Shown: positions 17,589 through 28,274 of the stretch, piece after piece | Position numbering within the stretch: the stretch's first letter is position 1 | Layout: the number at the start of each line of letters is the position of its first letter | NCBI RefSeq assembly: GCF_000341395.1 | Contig: NC_020304.1 | Coordinates: forward strand, 1,740,001 to 1,772,000 | Direction of reading: 5' to 3' | DNA: 32,000 nucleotides | DNA from: Desulfocapsa sulfexigens DSM 10523 | GTDB lineage: Bacteria; Desulfobacterota; Desulfobulbia; Desulfobulbales; Desulfocapsaceae | Position numbers and translations under genes: made by a program | The notes under the pieces: model-generated | The model's database searches: none | Told to the model about the DNA's origin: nothing | Seen by the model: only the letters and a program-made list of their open reading frames with translations

Positions 17589-19160
17589 TTAGGCAGAAAA
17601 ACAAAACTGATTTCGTCCTGCCTCTTTGGCCCTGTACATTGCAGCGTCAGCATTGTTTATCAGGATGGTCTGCTCAATACCATCGTCTGGAAAAAGGGCT
17701 ATACCTATGCTGGCTCCTATTGATGCTTCCTGGCCATTCAGGATAAAGGGTTGAGAGAGCTTGTCTATAATAAGCTGTGCCATTCTGATAATATCTTTAC
17801 GGTCTGTCATGGTGTTGAGGATAACGGTAAACTCATCACCACCCATGCGAGCCACGGTGTCGGATTCTCGCACTAGCTCATGAATCCTCTCTGCAACTTC
17901 CTTCAACAGCTGGTCACCAGCAGTGTGCCCAAGGCTATCGTTGACGATTTTGAATTTATCCAAATCGATAAAAAACAGAGTAAAACGGGTGTCGAGGCGT
18001 TTGCTGTCCAGAATGATACGCGATAAACGATCATGAAAAAGCTGGCGATTGGGAAGGCCGGTCAGAGTGTCGAAAGTTGCCTGGTGCCTGAGAATCTCCA
18101 CGGCCTCCCTTTCTTTTATTTTGGCCTGAGAGAGGCGCCAGCTAAACAGTATTAGTAGGGGGAGAACGAGAGTCGCAATCTGGACCAGAGAAAGCAGTAT
18201 GGATTTATTGCCGGCATTGATATCATCCTTTGTTACATGGGAGATAACTTTCCACTGGTAGTCTTTTTGCATTGTTGCCTGCGTTTTTTCGGTATGTCCT
18301 GAGTTATAGTGTTGCGATGACTGCAAAGGATGAATGGTGGCAAAGGTAAACAGACCATTGTCGCTGGTGAACTGGCCTCGTTCTGTCGCCATAATTCGTT
18401 TCCATTCCAGTGGATGAACATTGCTGAAGTTATGCTTATGATCCAGCATAAACCCCCACTCCCTTTCAGGATCAGGATGTTTGAGCCAATATCCTTCTGC
18501 GTTTACGAGGGAGGCATGGTCTCTAATATTTGCAACTGCACTGGAAAAGTTTCCGAGGAGACGCTCTGCCATGTAATTGAGTATCAGTATCCCTATTTTT
18601 TCCCCCTGATTATTGAACACAGGAGTGCCGAAGCGAATCATCGGTTTGTAGGGTTCTTCGATCCGGTCGTGCTCAATATTGAGATCAAGGGGTGAAATGT
18701 AGACCATTCCCTGATCAATGGTGATTGTTTCCTGGAAGTAGTAGCGATTCCCCTTGTTCTGCAGTGACGAAGCCGGGGCTATGGTTGCCTTGTCCTGTTT
18801 GAAGTTCACCCGAACAATCTCTACTCCTTCGGTGTTTAAAAAACGGGCCTGGTCATAGATTCCTTTGATTTGTGAGAAGAGCTGTACGTCATTCTGAAGA
18901 TTTGTGAAGGACTCAAGGGGAAGAAGCTTTTGGTCATGATGAAAGGCCTTGTTCTTTGCCAGGATAAGAAGATCGGACATGACCGTTTGAAATTCCAGGT
19001 AGATCGCGCTCTCGCCCATGCGAACATTGAGACGTTCCTTTTCAAGGCGATTCGTGTTCACCTTGTCAGTTTCAGAGAAATAGAAGTAAGTGAAAAAAAT
19101 AGAGAAGGCTATGGCCCAGGGGAGGAATATGGGAAGAAAGTATTTTAAAAAAAATTTCAT
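17589..19160 (-). CDS. Membrane-anchored diguanylate cyclase with an extracytoplasmic Cache-like sensor
   Basis: Two TM segments flanking a periplasmic region; C-terminal FDTLTGLPNRQLFHDRL and RMGGDEFTVIL. Confidence 0.93.
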   Translation of the reverse strand: MKFFLKYFLPIFLPWAIAFSIFFTYFYFSETDKVNTNRLEKERLNVRMGESAIYLEFQTVMSDLLILAKNKAFHHDQKLLPLESFTNLQNDVQLFSQIKGIYDQARFLNTEGVEIVRVNFKQDKATIAPASSLQNKGNRYYFQETITIDQGMVYISPLDLNIEHDRIEEPYKPMIRFGTPVFNNQGEKIGILILNYMAERLLGNFSSAVANIRDHASLVNAEGYWLKHPDPEREWGFMLDHKHNFSNVHPLEWKRIMATERGQFTSDNGLFTFATIHPLQSSQHYNSGHTEKTQATMQKDYQWKVISHVTKDDINAGNKSILLSLVQIATLVLPLLILFSWRLSQAKIKEREAVEILRHQATFDTLTGLPNRQLFHDRLSRIILDSKRLDTRFTLFFIDLDKFKIVNDSLGHTAGDQLLKEVAERIHELVRESDTVARMGGDEFTVILNTMTDRKDIIRMAQLIIDKLSQPFILNGQEASIGASIGIALFPDDGIEQTILINNADAAMYRAKEAGRNQFCFSA

Positions 19161-20005
19161 TATGGCCAGAGTTGGTTCAGGTTCTTTTGGAGATCGAGTT
19201 TACAGGCCTTAACCTGCGGGTCATGATAAAAGGTGAACCAGCTGTTCAGTTGCTGATAGTGTCTGAAATATTCTTCCTTGCGATCGATAACCTCCAGCGG
19301 AAAGTTGTCATATGCCATAATCCACAGTGGATTGCTGTGCGCGTGGGTGGGGAAAAGATCGCCTAAATGGACTGCGGTTTCGCCTCTTGAGGTGATTTCG
19401 ATCAACTGATGTCCGCGGGTGTGACCCCCGGTGTGCCGTAGCATTATGCCGGGGATGACTTCAACATCTCCTGAAACAATCTCAAGTTGACCTTCTCTTT
19501 TCAGGAGATTGAAGTTTTTAGGCCAATAGGTGGACTGAGCACGACGGCATGGTTGTTCCACATCCTCCCACTCCGTTTTCTGTATGTAATGGACGGCGTT
19601 TGGGAACGTGAGTTCTTCTCTGCCTTCTGGGGTATGCATGACTATGCCACCGGCATGATCAAAATCACAGTGGGTAAGAAGGACATAGTCAATATCCTGT
19701 TGTGACAGGCCAATCTCTGCAAGATCTTCCACTAGAGACCAGGGAGCAGTCACCTGAAAGATGGAAAGCTGTTTTTCTGTCAGTTTATTTCCAAGGCCTG
19801 TGTCGATTATAAGATTGTGTTCTGCTGTTTTGACCAGCAGAACATCATTGGTGAATGGTAGTGTGTTGGCTGTATCAGCCTTGCACTTTTTTTCCCAGAG
19901 AACCTTTGGCACAGCGCCAAACATGGTTCCGCCATCGAGGCGAAAATTTCCGCCATTTAACCAGTAAATCTGAAAGTCACCGACAGCTAAATGTTCTGAT
20001 ACCAT
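19160..20005 (-). CDS. Metallo-beta-lactamase-fold hydrolase (variant HxDxDH motif)
   Basis: LLTHCDFDHAGG, MLRHTGGHTRGHQLIEI and VHLGDLFPTHAH. Confidence 0.88.
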   Translation of the reverse strand: MVSEHLAVGDFQIYWLNGGNFRLDGGTMFGAVPKVLWEKKCKADTANTLPFTNDVLLVKTAEHNLIIDTGLGNKLTEKQLSIFQVTAPWSLVEDLAEIGLSQQDIDYVLLTHCDFDHAGGIVMHTPEGREELTFPNAVHYIQKTEWEDVEQPCRRAQSTYWPKNFNLLKREGQLEIVSGDVEVIPGIMLRHTGGHTRGHQLIEITSRGETAVHLGDLFPTHAHSNPLWIMAYDNFPLEVIDRKEEYFRHYQQLNSWFTFYHDPQVKACKLDLQKNLNQLWP

Positions 20006-21132
20006 TAGAATGTCCCCAGGGCCGACCAGAGAACACCAGCTGCAATAGCCGATCCAATAACTCCAGCCACATTAGGTGCCATGGCATGCATAAGGAGAAA
20101 ATTACTCGGATCTTCTTTGAGACCTACTGCATGAACCACCCGTGCAGAATCTGGAACTGCAGAAACACCTGCAGCGCCAAGGAGCGGGTTGATTTTCTCT
20201 TTCAGGAAAAGATTCATAAATTTGGCAAAGAGTATCCCGCCCATGGTGGCAATAACGAAGGAGCCGGCACCAAGGACAAAGATCAGAATAGACTGGCTGG
20301 TAAGAAATGTCTGGGCCTGGGTAGAGGCACCCACTGAAAAGCCAAGGAGGATGGTTACGATATCGATTAAGGAATTTCTGGCCGTATTGGCCAGTCGTTC
20401 GGTAACCATTGATTCCTTGAGCAGGTTGCCGAAAAAGAGCATACCAAGAAGCGTCATAGAGCCTGGAGCGATAAGGGCGCAGATAAGAAAGGCGACAATA
20501 GGAAAGATGATCTTTTCTTTTTTGGATACCTGGCGTGGTGGTTTCATGTGAATGACACGCTCTTTCTTAGATGTAAGAAGGTACATGATCGGCGGCTGGA
20601 TGACAGGAACGAGTGCCATGTATGAATAGGCGGCTATGGCAATGGGACCAAGGAGTTCCGGGGCAAGCATGGAGGAAAGAAATATGGCAGTGGGGCCGTC
20701 TGCCCCACCGATGATACCTATTGCTCCAGCCTGCTCCGGGGAAAACCCGAGGTAGAGAGAACCAATAAAGGTGAGAAATACACCAATCTGGGCAGCAGCC
20801 CCCAGGAGTATCAGTTTGGGATTTGAAAGCATGGTGGAAAAGTCGGTCATTGCTCCGATTCCGAGAAAGATGAGAGGTGGATATATCCCTTTCATTACTC
20901 CAAGGTAGAGGTAGTAAAAAACTGAACCTTCAGCATAGACGGAGAGCGGCATTCCTTGAATGGGTGGGATGTTTCCCACAATAACCCCAAATCCGATGGG
21001 AACCAGCAGGAGAGGTTCATAATCCTTGGTAACAGCGAGGTAGATAAAGACAATCCCAACGGCAATCATTATGAGATTGATCCATTCCAGATGCGCAATT
21101 CCCGAGTTGTTGTAGAAGCTTAAAAGATCCAC
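20005..21132 (-). CDS. Sodium-translocating decarboxylase beta subunit (OadB/GcdB/MmdB family)
   Basis: Multi-TM protein with GIIGGADGPTAIFLSS, VSAVPDSARVVH and NFLLMHAMAPNVAGVIGSAIAAG. Confidence 0.93.
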   Translation of the reverse strand: MDLLSFYNNSGIAHLEWINLIMIAVGIVFIYLAVTKDYEPLLLVPIGFGVIVGNIPPIQGMPLSVYAEGSVFYYLYLGVMKGIYPPLIFLGIGAMTDFSTMLSNPKLILLGAAAQIGVFLTFIGSLYLGFSPEQAGAIGIIGGADGPTAIFLSSMLAPELLGPIAIAAYSYMALVPVIQPPIMYLLTSKKERVIHMKPPRQVSKKEKIIFPIVAFLICALIAPGSMTLLGMLFFGNLLKESMVTERLANTARNSLIDIVTILLGFSVGASTQAQTFLTSQSILIFVLGAGSFVIATMGGILFAKFMNLFLKEKINPLLGAAGVSAVPDSARVVHAVGLKEDPSNFLLMHAMAPNVAGVIGSAIAAGVLWSALGTF

Positions 21133-21140
21133 TGTGTCCC

Positions 21141-21587
21141 CTATGTCAGGATGATCAGAGGCTGGCCCTGATTGACCACATCGCCTTCAGCAATGAGGAT
21201 TTCACTTACTGTCCCATCTATGGTGGCCGTAATACTGTTTTCAAGTTTCATGGCTTCCAGGACCAGTAATTTCTGTCCGGTACGCACCTGCTCGCCAAGG
21301 CTTACAGTAATACTGATAATCTGCCCTGGAATAGGGGTGAGGATGGCTCCGCTACCTGCAGTCGCAGATGCAGGTGGTGAAGCCATAGGAGCAGCTGGGG
21401 AGGCGGAGGGCATGGCAGAGATGGGAGCTCTCGCTTTGGAGTCAGCGACTGCAGTGAAATTTTCGATGGTATCAATATTAACAATATGCTGTTTGCCATT
21501 CACTTCAGCCAGCACGGCATCGTCAGTAACATCTTTAATAACAACATTATAGCTATTGTTGTTTATTTTTAGCTTGTATTCTTTCAT
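21141..21587 (-). CDS. Biotin carboxyl carrier (gamma) subunit of the decarboxylase
   Basis: Low-complexity Ala/Pro linker followed by biotinyl domain with LLVLEAMKLENSITA. Confidence 0.9.
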   Translation of the reverse strand: MKEYKLKINNNSYNVVIKDVTDDAVLAEVNGKQHIVNIDTIENFTAVADSKARAPISAMPSASPAAPMASPPASATAGSGAILTPIPGQIISITVSLGEQVRTGQKLLVLEAMKLENSITATIDGTVSEILIAEGDVVNQGQPLIILT

Positions 21588-21961
21588 TTGCGATTCCAGG
21601 TGGTTGTCAATTTTCGGTTGTTCAGACTCTGCATGCGCCCTGAAACAAGCCAGGGTGATTCCATGTCACCATGGCTTTTCCAGGTGATACGTTCATCTCC
21701 ATCGGGAAAGTTGTTGTGGAGATGGAGGGCAGTGGCAATGGCCAGAAGAATTTCCTCTTCCTCTCTGTTGTCAGCAGAAGTTGTTTTGGTAGAGAGCTGT
21801 GGTTTGGGGCTTCCGAGCCTGAGAAGCTTGGGAAGCAGGGTGATGTAGATGGCTATGATCACCAATCCAGCAAAAACCAGTGTCATTCCCATGAGTGAGA
21901 ATTGCAGGGCGTCAAGTCCCGGCTGGTTGAGATTGTGAAGACCTATGTTTGCAAATGTCAT
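21584..21961 (-). CDS. OadG/MmdD-like small membrane subunit of a sodium-pumping decarboxylase
   Basis: Single N-terminal TM (LMGMTLVFAGLVIIAIYITLL) plus an IAAA(T/I)ALHLH-like tail; lies between the biotin-carrier and carboxyltransferase genes. Confidence 0.75.
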   Translation of the reverse strand: MTFANIGLHNLNQPGLDALQFSLMGMTLVFAGLVIIAIYITLLPKLLRLGSPKPQLSTKTTSADNREEEEILLAIATALHLHNNFPDGDERITWKSHGDMESPWLVSGRMQSLNNRKLTTTWNRK

Positions 21962-22076
21962 GGCGTCGCTATGCGGTCACGGTTTTGGGTTAGTTAGGGG
22001 AAATTAGAGAACTGATCTCCGGCTTCTGGTCGTAGGATCAAGCCGAAAACCATTCCTTGTTTTGTTAACCGGTTCT

Positions 22077-23621
22077 TTACAGAGGAATATTCCCGTGTTT
22101 TTTCATGGGATTGCTGTCTCTTTTATTCTGCAGCATTCCAAGGGCTTTAATGATACGAAAGCGGGTTCGTGCCGGCTCAATGATGTCATCGACATAGCCG
22201 CGTCTTGCTGCTACGTAAGGATTGGCGACAGCGTCCTGGTATTCTTCCTCTTTGGCTGCAAGATAAGCTGCGGGGTCATCTGTTTTCTGGGCTTCCCTTC
22301 CGTATAATACCCCAACGGCTCCCTTTGCTCCCATGACGGCAATCTCAGCACAGGGCCAGGCATAGTTGATGTCACCGCGGAGATGCTTGGATGACATGAC
22401 GCAGTAAGCGCCACCATATGCTTTACGGGTGATGACAGTGATCTTGGGAATAGTCGCTTCTGCATATGCGTAGAGGATTTTTGCACCGTTGCGGATGGCA
22501 CCGCCATATTCCTGGGCGGTTCCGGGGAGAAATCCGGGGACATCAACAAAGGTGACCACTGGAATGTTGAAGCAGTCACAAAAACGGACAAAGCGGGCAC
22601 CTTTAACAGAAGAGTCAATATCCAGAACTCCCGAGAGATGTAATGGTTGATTGGCTACAATTCCCACAACTTTACCACTATATCGGGCAAATCCGATGAT
22701 AAGGTTGGGGGCGAAATTTTCTTTGATCTCAAAGAAGTCGCGGTTGTCGATACTTGCAAGAATCACTTCCTTCATATCATAGGGTGTGCTCGCACTTTCC
22801 GGAATGATAGAGTTGAGTTCTTCCGAACGACGTTCTGAGGGGTCCTGTGTGGGCAGTGTGGGTGGCGTTTCCACATTGTTTTGTGGCAAATAGCTGAGCA
22901 GTCTTTTGACATACCCAATACAGTCTGCACCAGACTGGGCAGCATAATCTGAAACCCCGGAACGCGTGGAATGCATGTCGGCACCCCCGAGTTCTTCAAC
23001 GGTTACATCTTCGTGGGTGACGGACTTGACCACCTTGGGGCCGGTGAGAAACATGTAGGAGTTGTTTTTGACCATGGCTACAAAGTCGGTGAGTGCCGGT
23101 GAATAGACCGCGCCTCCGGCGCAGGGGCCAAAAATTGCGGAGATCTGTGGCACAACACCGGAAGCCATAACATTCCGAAGAAAAATATCAGAATATCCGG
23201 CTAGGCTTTCAATACCTTCCTGAATACGAGCCCCTCCTGAATCATTGAGGCCAATAACGGGGGCTCCATTTTTTATGGCAAGATCCATGATCTTACAAAT
23301 TTTTTCAGCAAATGTCTCAGAGAGAGAGCCACCAAGAACCGTTGGGTCCTGGGCATAGACGTAGACCAGTCTGCCGTCTACCGTTCCATAGCCAGTGACC
23401 ACGCCGTCTCCAGGGAATATCTTTTTTTCCATGCCGAAATCATGGCAGCGATGGGTTTTGAACATGTCAAACTCTTCAAAAGAGCCGGGATCAAGAAGGA
23501 GATCGATTCGTTCTCTGGCGGTCATTCTGCCCTGGGCATGGAGCTTGTCGATTCGCTTCTGGCCGCCTCCGAGTCGTGCTTCGGCTCGGAGTTTCAGCAG
23601 GTTGTCGATATGGTCTGTCAT
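22077..23621 (-). CDS. mmdA: Methylmalonyl-CoA decarboxylase/carboxyltransferase alpha subunit
   Basis: Carboxyltransferase motifs [80 protein letters not shown]. Confidence 0.95.
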   Translation of the reverse strand: MTDHIDNLLKLRAEARLGGGQKRIDKLHAQGRMTARERIDLLLDPGSFEEFDMFKTHRCHDFGMEKKIFPGDGVVTGYGTVDGRLVYVYAQDPTVLGGSLSETFAEKICKIMDLAIKNGAPVIGLNDSGGARIQEGIESLAGYSDIFLRNVMASGVVPQISAIFGPCAGGAVYSPALTDFVAMVKNNSYMFLTGPKVVKSVTHEDVTVEELGGADMHSTRSGVSDYAAQSGADCIGYVKRLLSYLPQNNVETPPTLPTQDPSERRSEELNSIIPESASTPYDMKEVILASIDNRDFFEIKENFAPNLIIGFARYSGKVVGIVANQPLHLSGVLDIDSSVKGARFVRFCDCFNIPVVTFVDVPGFLPGTAQEYGGAIRNGAKILYAYAEATIPKITVITRKAYGGAYCVMSSKHLRGDINYAWPCAEIAVMGAKGAVGVLYGREAQKTDDPAAYLAAKEEEYQDAVANPYVAARRGYVDDIIEPARTRFRIIKALGMLQNKRDSNPMKKHGNIPL

Positions 23622-24055
23622 TTTTGTGCTCCACTGCAGAATTCAGTGAGTAGTCCATGGCTGGACTTGGGATGAAGAAAGGCTACCTGCTTGTTACCGG
23701 CTCCAGTGAAAGGTGTCTCATGGATCAGTTTGCAGCCATTTTCTCTAGCCTGCTCCAATTGTTCCTCTACATTTGTACTGCGATAGGCCACATGGTGCAA
23801 GCCTTCCCCGCGACTGCTCAGGAATTTGGCTATGGGGCTATCGTCTGTTGTGGGTTCCAGCAACTCAATGTGGGTTTCACCGAGTACAAAAAAAGCTGTA
23901 CGCACCTTCTGAGAGACAACTTCCTCTTCTTTTTCACAGGTAAGTCCGAGTATTTCTTCATAGAACTTTCGTGCTTCGGCGATGGAGTGAACGGCAATTC
24001 CTAAGTGATCTATTTTTTCTAGCATATTCGTATTTTTTTTATTTTTGTATTTCAA
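23618..24055 (-). CDS. mce: Methylmalonyl-CoA epimerase
   Basis: Glyoxalase-fold protein [26 protein letters not shown]...[20 protein letters not shown]...[10 protein letters not shown]. Confidence 0.93.
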   Translation of the reverse strand: MKYKNKKNTNMLEKIDHLGIAVHSIAEARKFYEEILGLTCEKEEEVVSQKVRTAFFVLGETHIELLEPTTDDSPIAKFLSSRGEGLHHVAYRSTNVEEQLEQARENGCKLIHETPFTGAGNKQVAFLHPKSSHGLLTEFCSGAQK

Positions 24056-25699
24056 TCAGTCCCGATATTCTCCGAAAATTCCCCGAAGGACAGAGCATAT
24101 TTCACCGAGGCTTGCGTAAACCCGAACCGCATCAATTATCGGTTCCATAAGGTTACTTCCTGATTCAGCAGCAACTTGAAGAGCAGCCAATCTGCTCTGG
24201 ACCTCTGCCTCATCCCGTTGCTGGCGAACATTTTTCAGCGAACTCACCTGTGCTTCTTCAACTGCAGGATTGACCCGGAGCAAATCCGGCTTTACTTCTT
24301 CTTCTATCTGGAAACCATTAACGCCGACTATAACCCGTTCACCGGATTCGATTTCTTTTTGATACTCATAGGCTGCCTGCTCGATCTGCCGCTTGATAAA
24401 ACCATCTTCAATACAGGCCACCACACCTCCGGAATGTTCAATCTTTGCGATCAGTTCTTCTGCAGCAAGTTCGATGGAATCCGTAAGCTGCTCGATATAA
24501 TACGATCCGGCAAAAGGATCAACAGTATCCGCAACTCCTGATTCGTGGGCAATGATCTGCTGAGTGCGAAGTGCGGTGCGAACCGAGTCTTCGGTGGGTA
24601 GAGAGAGTGCTTCATCACGTGAATTGGTGTGGAGGCTTTGAGTGCCGCCAAGAACTGCTGCAAGAGCCTGGATGGTGACACGCACTATATTGTTATCGAT
24701 CTGTTTTGCGGCAAGGCTGCTGCCTGCTGTCTGGGCATGGAATCGCATCATCATGGAGGCCGTTTTTTTTGCTTCAAAGCGGTTTTTCATGATCCTGGCC
24801 CAGAGTCTGCGTGCAGCCCTGAATTTTGCAACCTCTTCCAGAAGGTTTGAGGATGCATTGAAAAAGAAGGCCAGGCGCTTGGCAAAATGATCTATCTCAA
24901 GCCCTGCCTCGATAGCCGTCTGCACATAGGTGATACCGTTTGCAAGTGTAAAAGCAACCTCCTGGGCAGCTGTGGAACCAGCTTCCCTGATATGATAGCC
25001 GGAGATGGAGATGGTATTGAAAAGTGGCATATTTGCGCTGCACCACTGAAAAATATCGGTGATCAGGCCAAGGGATGGTTTGGGTGGAAAAATATAGGTT
25101 CCGCGGGCAACGTATTCTTTTAAGACATCATTCTGGATGGTTCCACGAAGTTTGTCTGCAGGGATGCCCTGTTTTTCCGCCACCACAATGTACATGGCCA
25201 ACAGGACAATGGCCGGAGAGTTAATGGTCATGGAGGTGGAGATCTTGTCGAGTGGAATGTCAGCAAAGAGTGCTTCCATGTCGGCTAAGGTGTCAATGGC
25301 CACACCAACCTTGCCCACTTCACCAAGAGACATGGGGTCGTCGGAGTCGTAGCCGATCTGAGTGGGGAGGTCAAAGGCCACCGAGAGGCCGGTGGTCCCC
25401 TGAGCGAGCAGATAGCGGTAACGTTTGTTGGATTCCGATGCCGTGGAGAACCCGGCATACTGCCGCATGGTCCAGAACCTGGCCCGGTACATGGTGGGCT
25501 GAACGCCTCTGGTGTAGGGGTACTGTCCTGGAAACCCAATATGTTCCAGATAGTCGTCGTCTATGTTTTCTGGCAGGGCGAGACGCGGAACTTCAGCGTC
25601 CCCATGGAGAGTAAACTCTTCCTTTCGTTCCGGAAAACGGTTCAGGCTTGTTGAGAGTTCGTTTTCCTGCCACTCATTGTACTTTGTATTTGTGCTCAC
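24056..25699 (-). CDS. Methylmalonyl-CoA mutase, large (catalytic) subunit without a B12-binding domain
   Basis: [69 protein letters not shown], and [10 protein letters not shown]. Confidence 0.95.
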   Translation of the reverse strand: MSTNTKYNEWQENELSTSLNRFPERKEEFTLHGDAEVPRLALPENIDDDYLEHIGFPGQYPYTRGVQPTMYRARFWTMRQYAGFSTASESNKRYRYLLAQGTTGLSVAFDLPTQIGYDSDDPMSLGEVGKVGVAIDTLADMEALFADIPLDKISTSMTINSPAIVLLAMYIVVAEKQGIPADKLRGTIQNDVLKEYVARGTYIFPPKPSLGLITDIFQWCSANMPLFNTISISGYHIREAGSTAAQEVAFTLANGITYVQTAIEAGLEIDHFAKRLAFFFNASSNLLEEVAKFRAARRLWARIMKNRFEAKKTASMMMRFHAQTAGSSLAAKQIDNNIVRVTIQALAAVLGGTQSLHTNSRDEALSLPTEDSVRTALRTQQIIAHESGVADTVDPFAGSYYIEQLTDSIELAAEELIAKIEHSGGVVACIEDGFIKRQIEQAAYEYQKEIESGERVIVGVNGFQIEEEVKPDLLRVNPAVEEAQVSSLKNVRQQRDEAEVQSRLAALQVAAESGSNLMEPIIDAVRVYASLGEICSVLRGIFGEYRD

Positions 25700-25713
25700 G
25701 ATGTTTTGGATTT

Positions 25714-26634
25714 TTAGAGGTTTAGTGTGTCGATCAGTTCCTGTGCTCGGACACGGGGATCACTTCTTTCAGAACATTCTGATATGGCCTGTTTTAATCC
25801 TGGCCGGAGTATTTCAAATACCCAGTCAAGCGTTTCGGCTTCCAGTGCCCTGCCACGCCGTTTTTCTTTTATGCCATTTGTTTTTATGTAGCTGGAGAAT
25901 CTATTGACTGTATTGAGAAGTTCAGCAATGCCCGCATTGTCTGTGGCTATTGTTTTAAGGACACGTTTGATTGCACTTTCCTCCTCTTTAGCGGAGAAAA
26001 TCTGTTCCATATCCATACATAGCGCTTCAGCACCTGCTATATCTGATTTGTTCACCACTAAAAAATCTGCCACTTCAAGCAATCCCGCTTTCATGGCCTG
26101 GATATCATCGCCAAAACCTGGGGCAAGTACCATAAGGGTGATGTCAGCAAGACGAACAATATCCATCTCAGACTGACCAACACCCACTGTCTCAATAAGA
26201 ATCACCTCACAGCCGGAGGCCGCCATTATACGTACTGCTGCCCCGGCTGAGGCGCACAATCCGCCAAGTCGCCCCCTGGTTGCCATGGAACGTACAACAA
26301 CATCGGGGTCAAGGGCATGATCCATCATGCGAATGCGATCACCCAGAATGGCACCTCCGCTGATGGGGGAGGAAGGATCCACCGCAATAATACCCACCCG
26401 TTTTCTCTGTTCACGCAGGGTGCGGATCAGACTGGAGGTGAGTGTGGATTTCCCGGCTCCGGGAGGGCCTGTGATCCCAAGTACCAGGACATTATCAATC
26501 AGGTCCTGGTCGAGCGCCGAAAGTATCTCAGCTGCTTCCATGCCGTTGTTTTCGACGGCAGAGATGGCCCTGCCAATGGCACGTGGGTCGTGATCCTTCA
26601 GTCCTGCAAGCAGGGCTTTACTTTTCGGTGTCAT
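25714..26634 (-). CDS. meaB: MeaB/ArgK-family G3E GTPase (methylmalonyl-CoA mutase chaperone)
   Basis: [29 protein letters not shown] and LVVNKSD. ATG at 26634 overlaps the upstream small-subunit gene by 17 nt. Confidence 0.93.
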   Translation of the reverse strand: MTPKSKALLAGLKDHDPRAIGRAISAVENNGMEAAEILSALDQDLIDNVLVLGITGPPGAGKSTLTSSLIRTLREQRKRVGIIAVDPSSPISGGAILGDRIRMMDHALDPDVVVRSMATRGRLGGLCASAGAAVRIMAASGCEVILIETVGVGQSEMDIVRLADITLMVLAPGFGDDIQAMKAGLLEVADFLVVNKSDIAGAEALCMDMEQIFSAKEEESAIKRVLKTIATDNAGIAELLNTVNRFSSYIKTNGIKEKRRGRALEAETLDWVFEILRPGLKQAISECSERSDPRVRAQELIDTLNL

Positions 26635-27046
26635 GGTCACGGTGCTGCTGACTGGCTGTTGTGAAGGACTGGATGATGGTGTCGGCCGCAGTTCCGGGGG
26701 TAAAGATTGCATTGAGCCCCTTTTTCAGGAGGATTTCGATATCCTCGTCCGGAATGACACCACCTCCTAAAACCGGGATATCAGCTCCACCCCGGTCCTT
26801 CAATTCCTGGACCACCTGCGGAAAAAGTCGAAGGTGGGCGCCGGACAGTGAAGAGAGACCGACCACATCTACGTCTTCCTGGATGGCAGTGGCGGCAATT
26901 TCTGCTGCTGTTCTGCGGATGCCTGTGTAAATCACTTCGAAGCCTTCATCCCGCAGAGCCCTGGCAATAAATTTGGCGCCTCTGTCATGGCCGTCAAGGC
27001 CGGGTTTTCCGATAAGGACGCGAAAGGGTGTTTGTTCAGTTGTCAT
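26618..27046 (-). CDS. Methylmalonyl-CoA mutase small subunit (cobalamin-binding)
   Basis: RVLIGKPGLDGHDRGAKFIARALRDEGFEVIYTG contains the DxHxxG cobalamin motif; GGGVIPDEDI. ATG at 27046 chosen. Confidence 0.93.
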   Translation of the reverse strand: MTTEQTPFRVLIGKPGLDGHDRGAKFIARALRDEGFEVIYTGIRRTAAEIAATAIQEDVDVVGLSSLSGAHLRLFPQVVQELKDRGGADIPVLGGGVIPDEDIEILLKKGLNAIFTPGTAADTIIQSFTTASQQHRDHDTEK

Positions 27047-27381
27047 GATATTTTTAAACCGTTTGCAATTGTTTTGTCCGGAGCGGCCAGAACCACGGAA
27101 CCATTTTCCTGAGAGAATCCGGTAACCAGACATTCTGACATAAAGGGGCCGATCTGTTTGGGAGGAAAGTTGAGAACAGCGATGATCTGTTTTCCAATGA
27201 GCTCCTCCCTGCTGTAGAGATCTGTGATCTGGGCACTTGATTTTCGAGTGCCAATTTCGCTGCCAAAATCAATAAGAAGTTTCCAGGCGGGCTGCCGGGC
27301 TTCGGGAAAGTCATTGACTTCAACAATGGTACCCGTGCGCAGCTCAATTCGCTCAAAATCCTGCCAGTTGATTGTTTCCAT
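27043..27381 (-). CDS. csaA: CsaA-like tRNA-binding-domain (OB-fold) protein
   Basis: WQDFERIELRTGTIVEVNDFPEARQPAWKLLIDFGSEIGTRKSSAQITDLY...NFPPKQIGPFMSECLVTGF. Start at ATG 27381 or 27393. Confidence 0.85.
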   Translation of the reverse strand: METINWQDFERIELRTGTIVEVNDFPEARQPAWKLLIDFGSEIGTRKSSAQITDLYSREELIGKQIIAVLNFPPKQIGPFMSECLVTGFSQENGSVVLAAPDKTIANGLKIS

Positions 27382-27389
27382 GGTTCGTT

Positions 27390-28271
27390 TCATATATGCT
27401 CTGTAAAGACTTCCCGGCACAGCCTGCCAAGGTTCCCCAGACTTTCACAGACATGAATGTTGTTGTCGCGCATGGCGGTAAGTTTCGCCTCTGCTGTTCC
27501 TTTGCCTCCACTGACAATGGCTCCGGCATGGCCCATGCGTCTTCCTGGAGGGGCTGTCAGTCCCGCAATGAAGCCAACCACGGGTTTGTTCATGTTGGCG
27601 GCTATCCAGGCAGCAGCGTCTTCTTCTGCGCTGCCGCCAATCTCACCAACCATAACCACTGCCAGTGTTTCAGGGTCATTCTGGAAGGCCGAGAGGCAGT
27701 CGATAAAGTCTGTGCCGTTGATGGGGTCACCGCCAATACCGAGACAGGTAGTCTGACCAAGTCCCTGTTGTGTGAGCTGATGGACAACTTCATAGGTAAG
27801 AGTGCCCGACCGTGAAACCACTCCAACCGGGCCACCCGGGGTGTGGATGGGGCCTGGCATAATGCCGATCTTGCACTCTCCTGGGGTGATGATCCCCGGG
27901 CAGTTGGGGCCGATAAGACGGGTCTTTTTACCCGCCATGCCATTTTTGACCCGGAGCATGTCCATAACCGGAATTCCTTCAGTGATACACACCACCAATT
28001 CAAGTTCTGCATCCACTGCTTCAAGGATGGCTTCTGCAGCAAAGGGAGGAGGGACTACGATCATGGAGGCATTGGCACCGGTGTCACGCCTCGCTGCGGC
28101 CACACTGTTAAAAACGGGAATTCCCTTCAGGTTCTGCCCACCTTTGCCGGGAGTTACTCCAGCAACGATGTTTGTTCCATACAGGCGGCACTGTTCGGTG
28201 TGGAACTGCCCCTCTTTTCCAGTGATTCCCTGGACCAGAACTCTGGTATTTTTATCTACAAATATAGCCAT
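27390..28271 (-). CDS. sucD: Succinyl-CoA ligase (ADP/GDP-forming) alpha subunit
   Basis: [59 protein letters not shown], and [17 protein letters not shown] with the phosphohistidine. Confidence 0.95.
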   Translation of the reverse strand: MAIFVDKNTRVLVQGITGKEGQFHTEQCRLYGTNIVAGVTPGKGGQNLKGIPVFNSVAAARRDTGANASMIVVPPPFAAEAILEAVDAELELVVCITEGIPVMDMLRVKNGMAGKKTRLIGPNCPGIITPGECKIGIMPGPIHTPGGPVGVVSRSGTLTYEVVHQLTQQGLGQTTCLGIGGDPINGTDFIDCLSAFQNDPETLAVVMVGEIGGSAEEDAAAWIAANMNKPVVGFIAGLTAPPGRRMGHAGAIVSGGKGTAEAKLTAMRDNNIHVCESLGNLGRLCREVFTEHI

Positions 28272-28274
28272 TGT

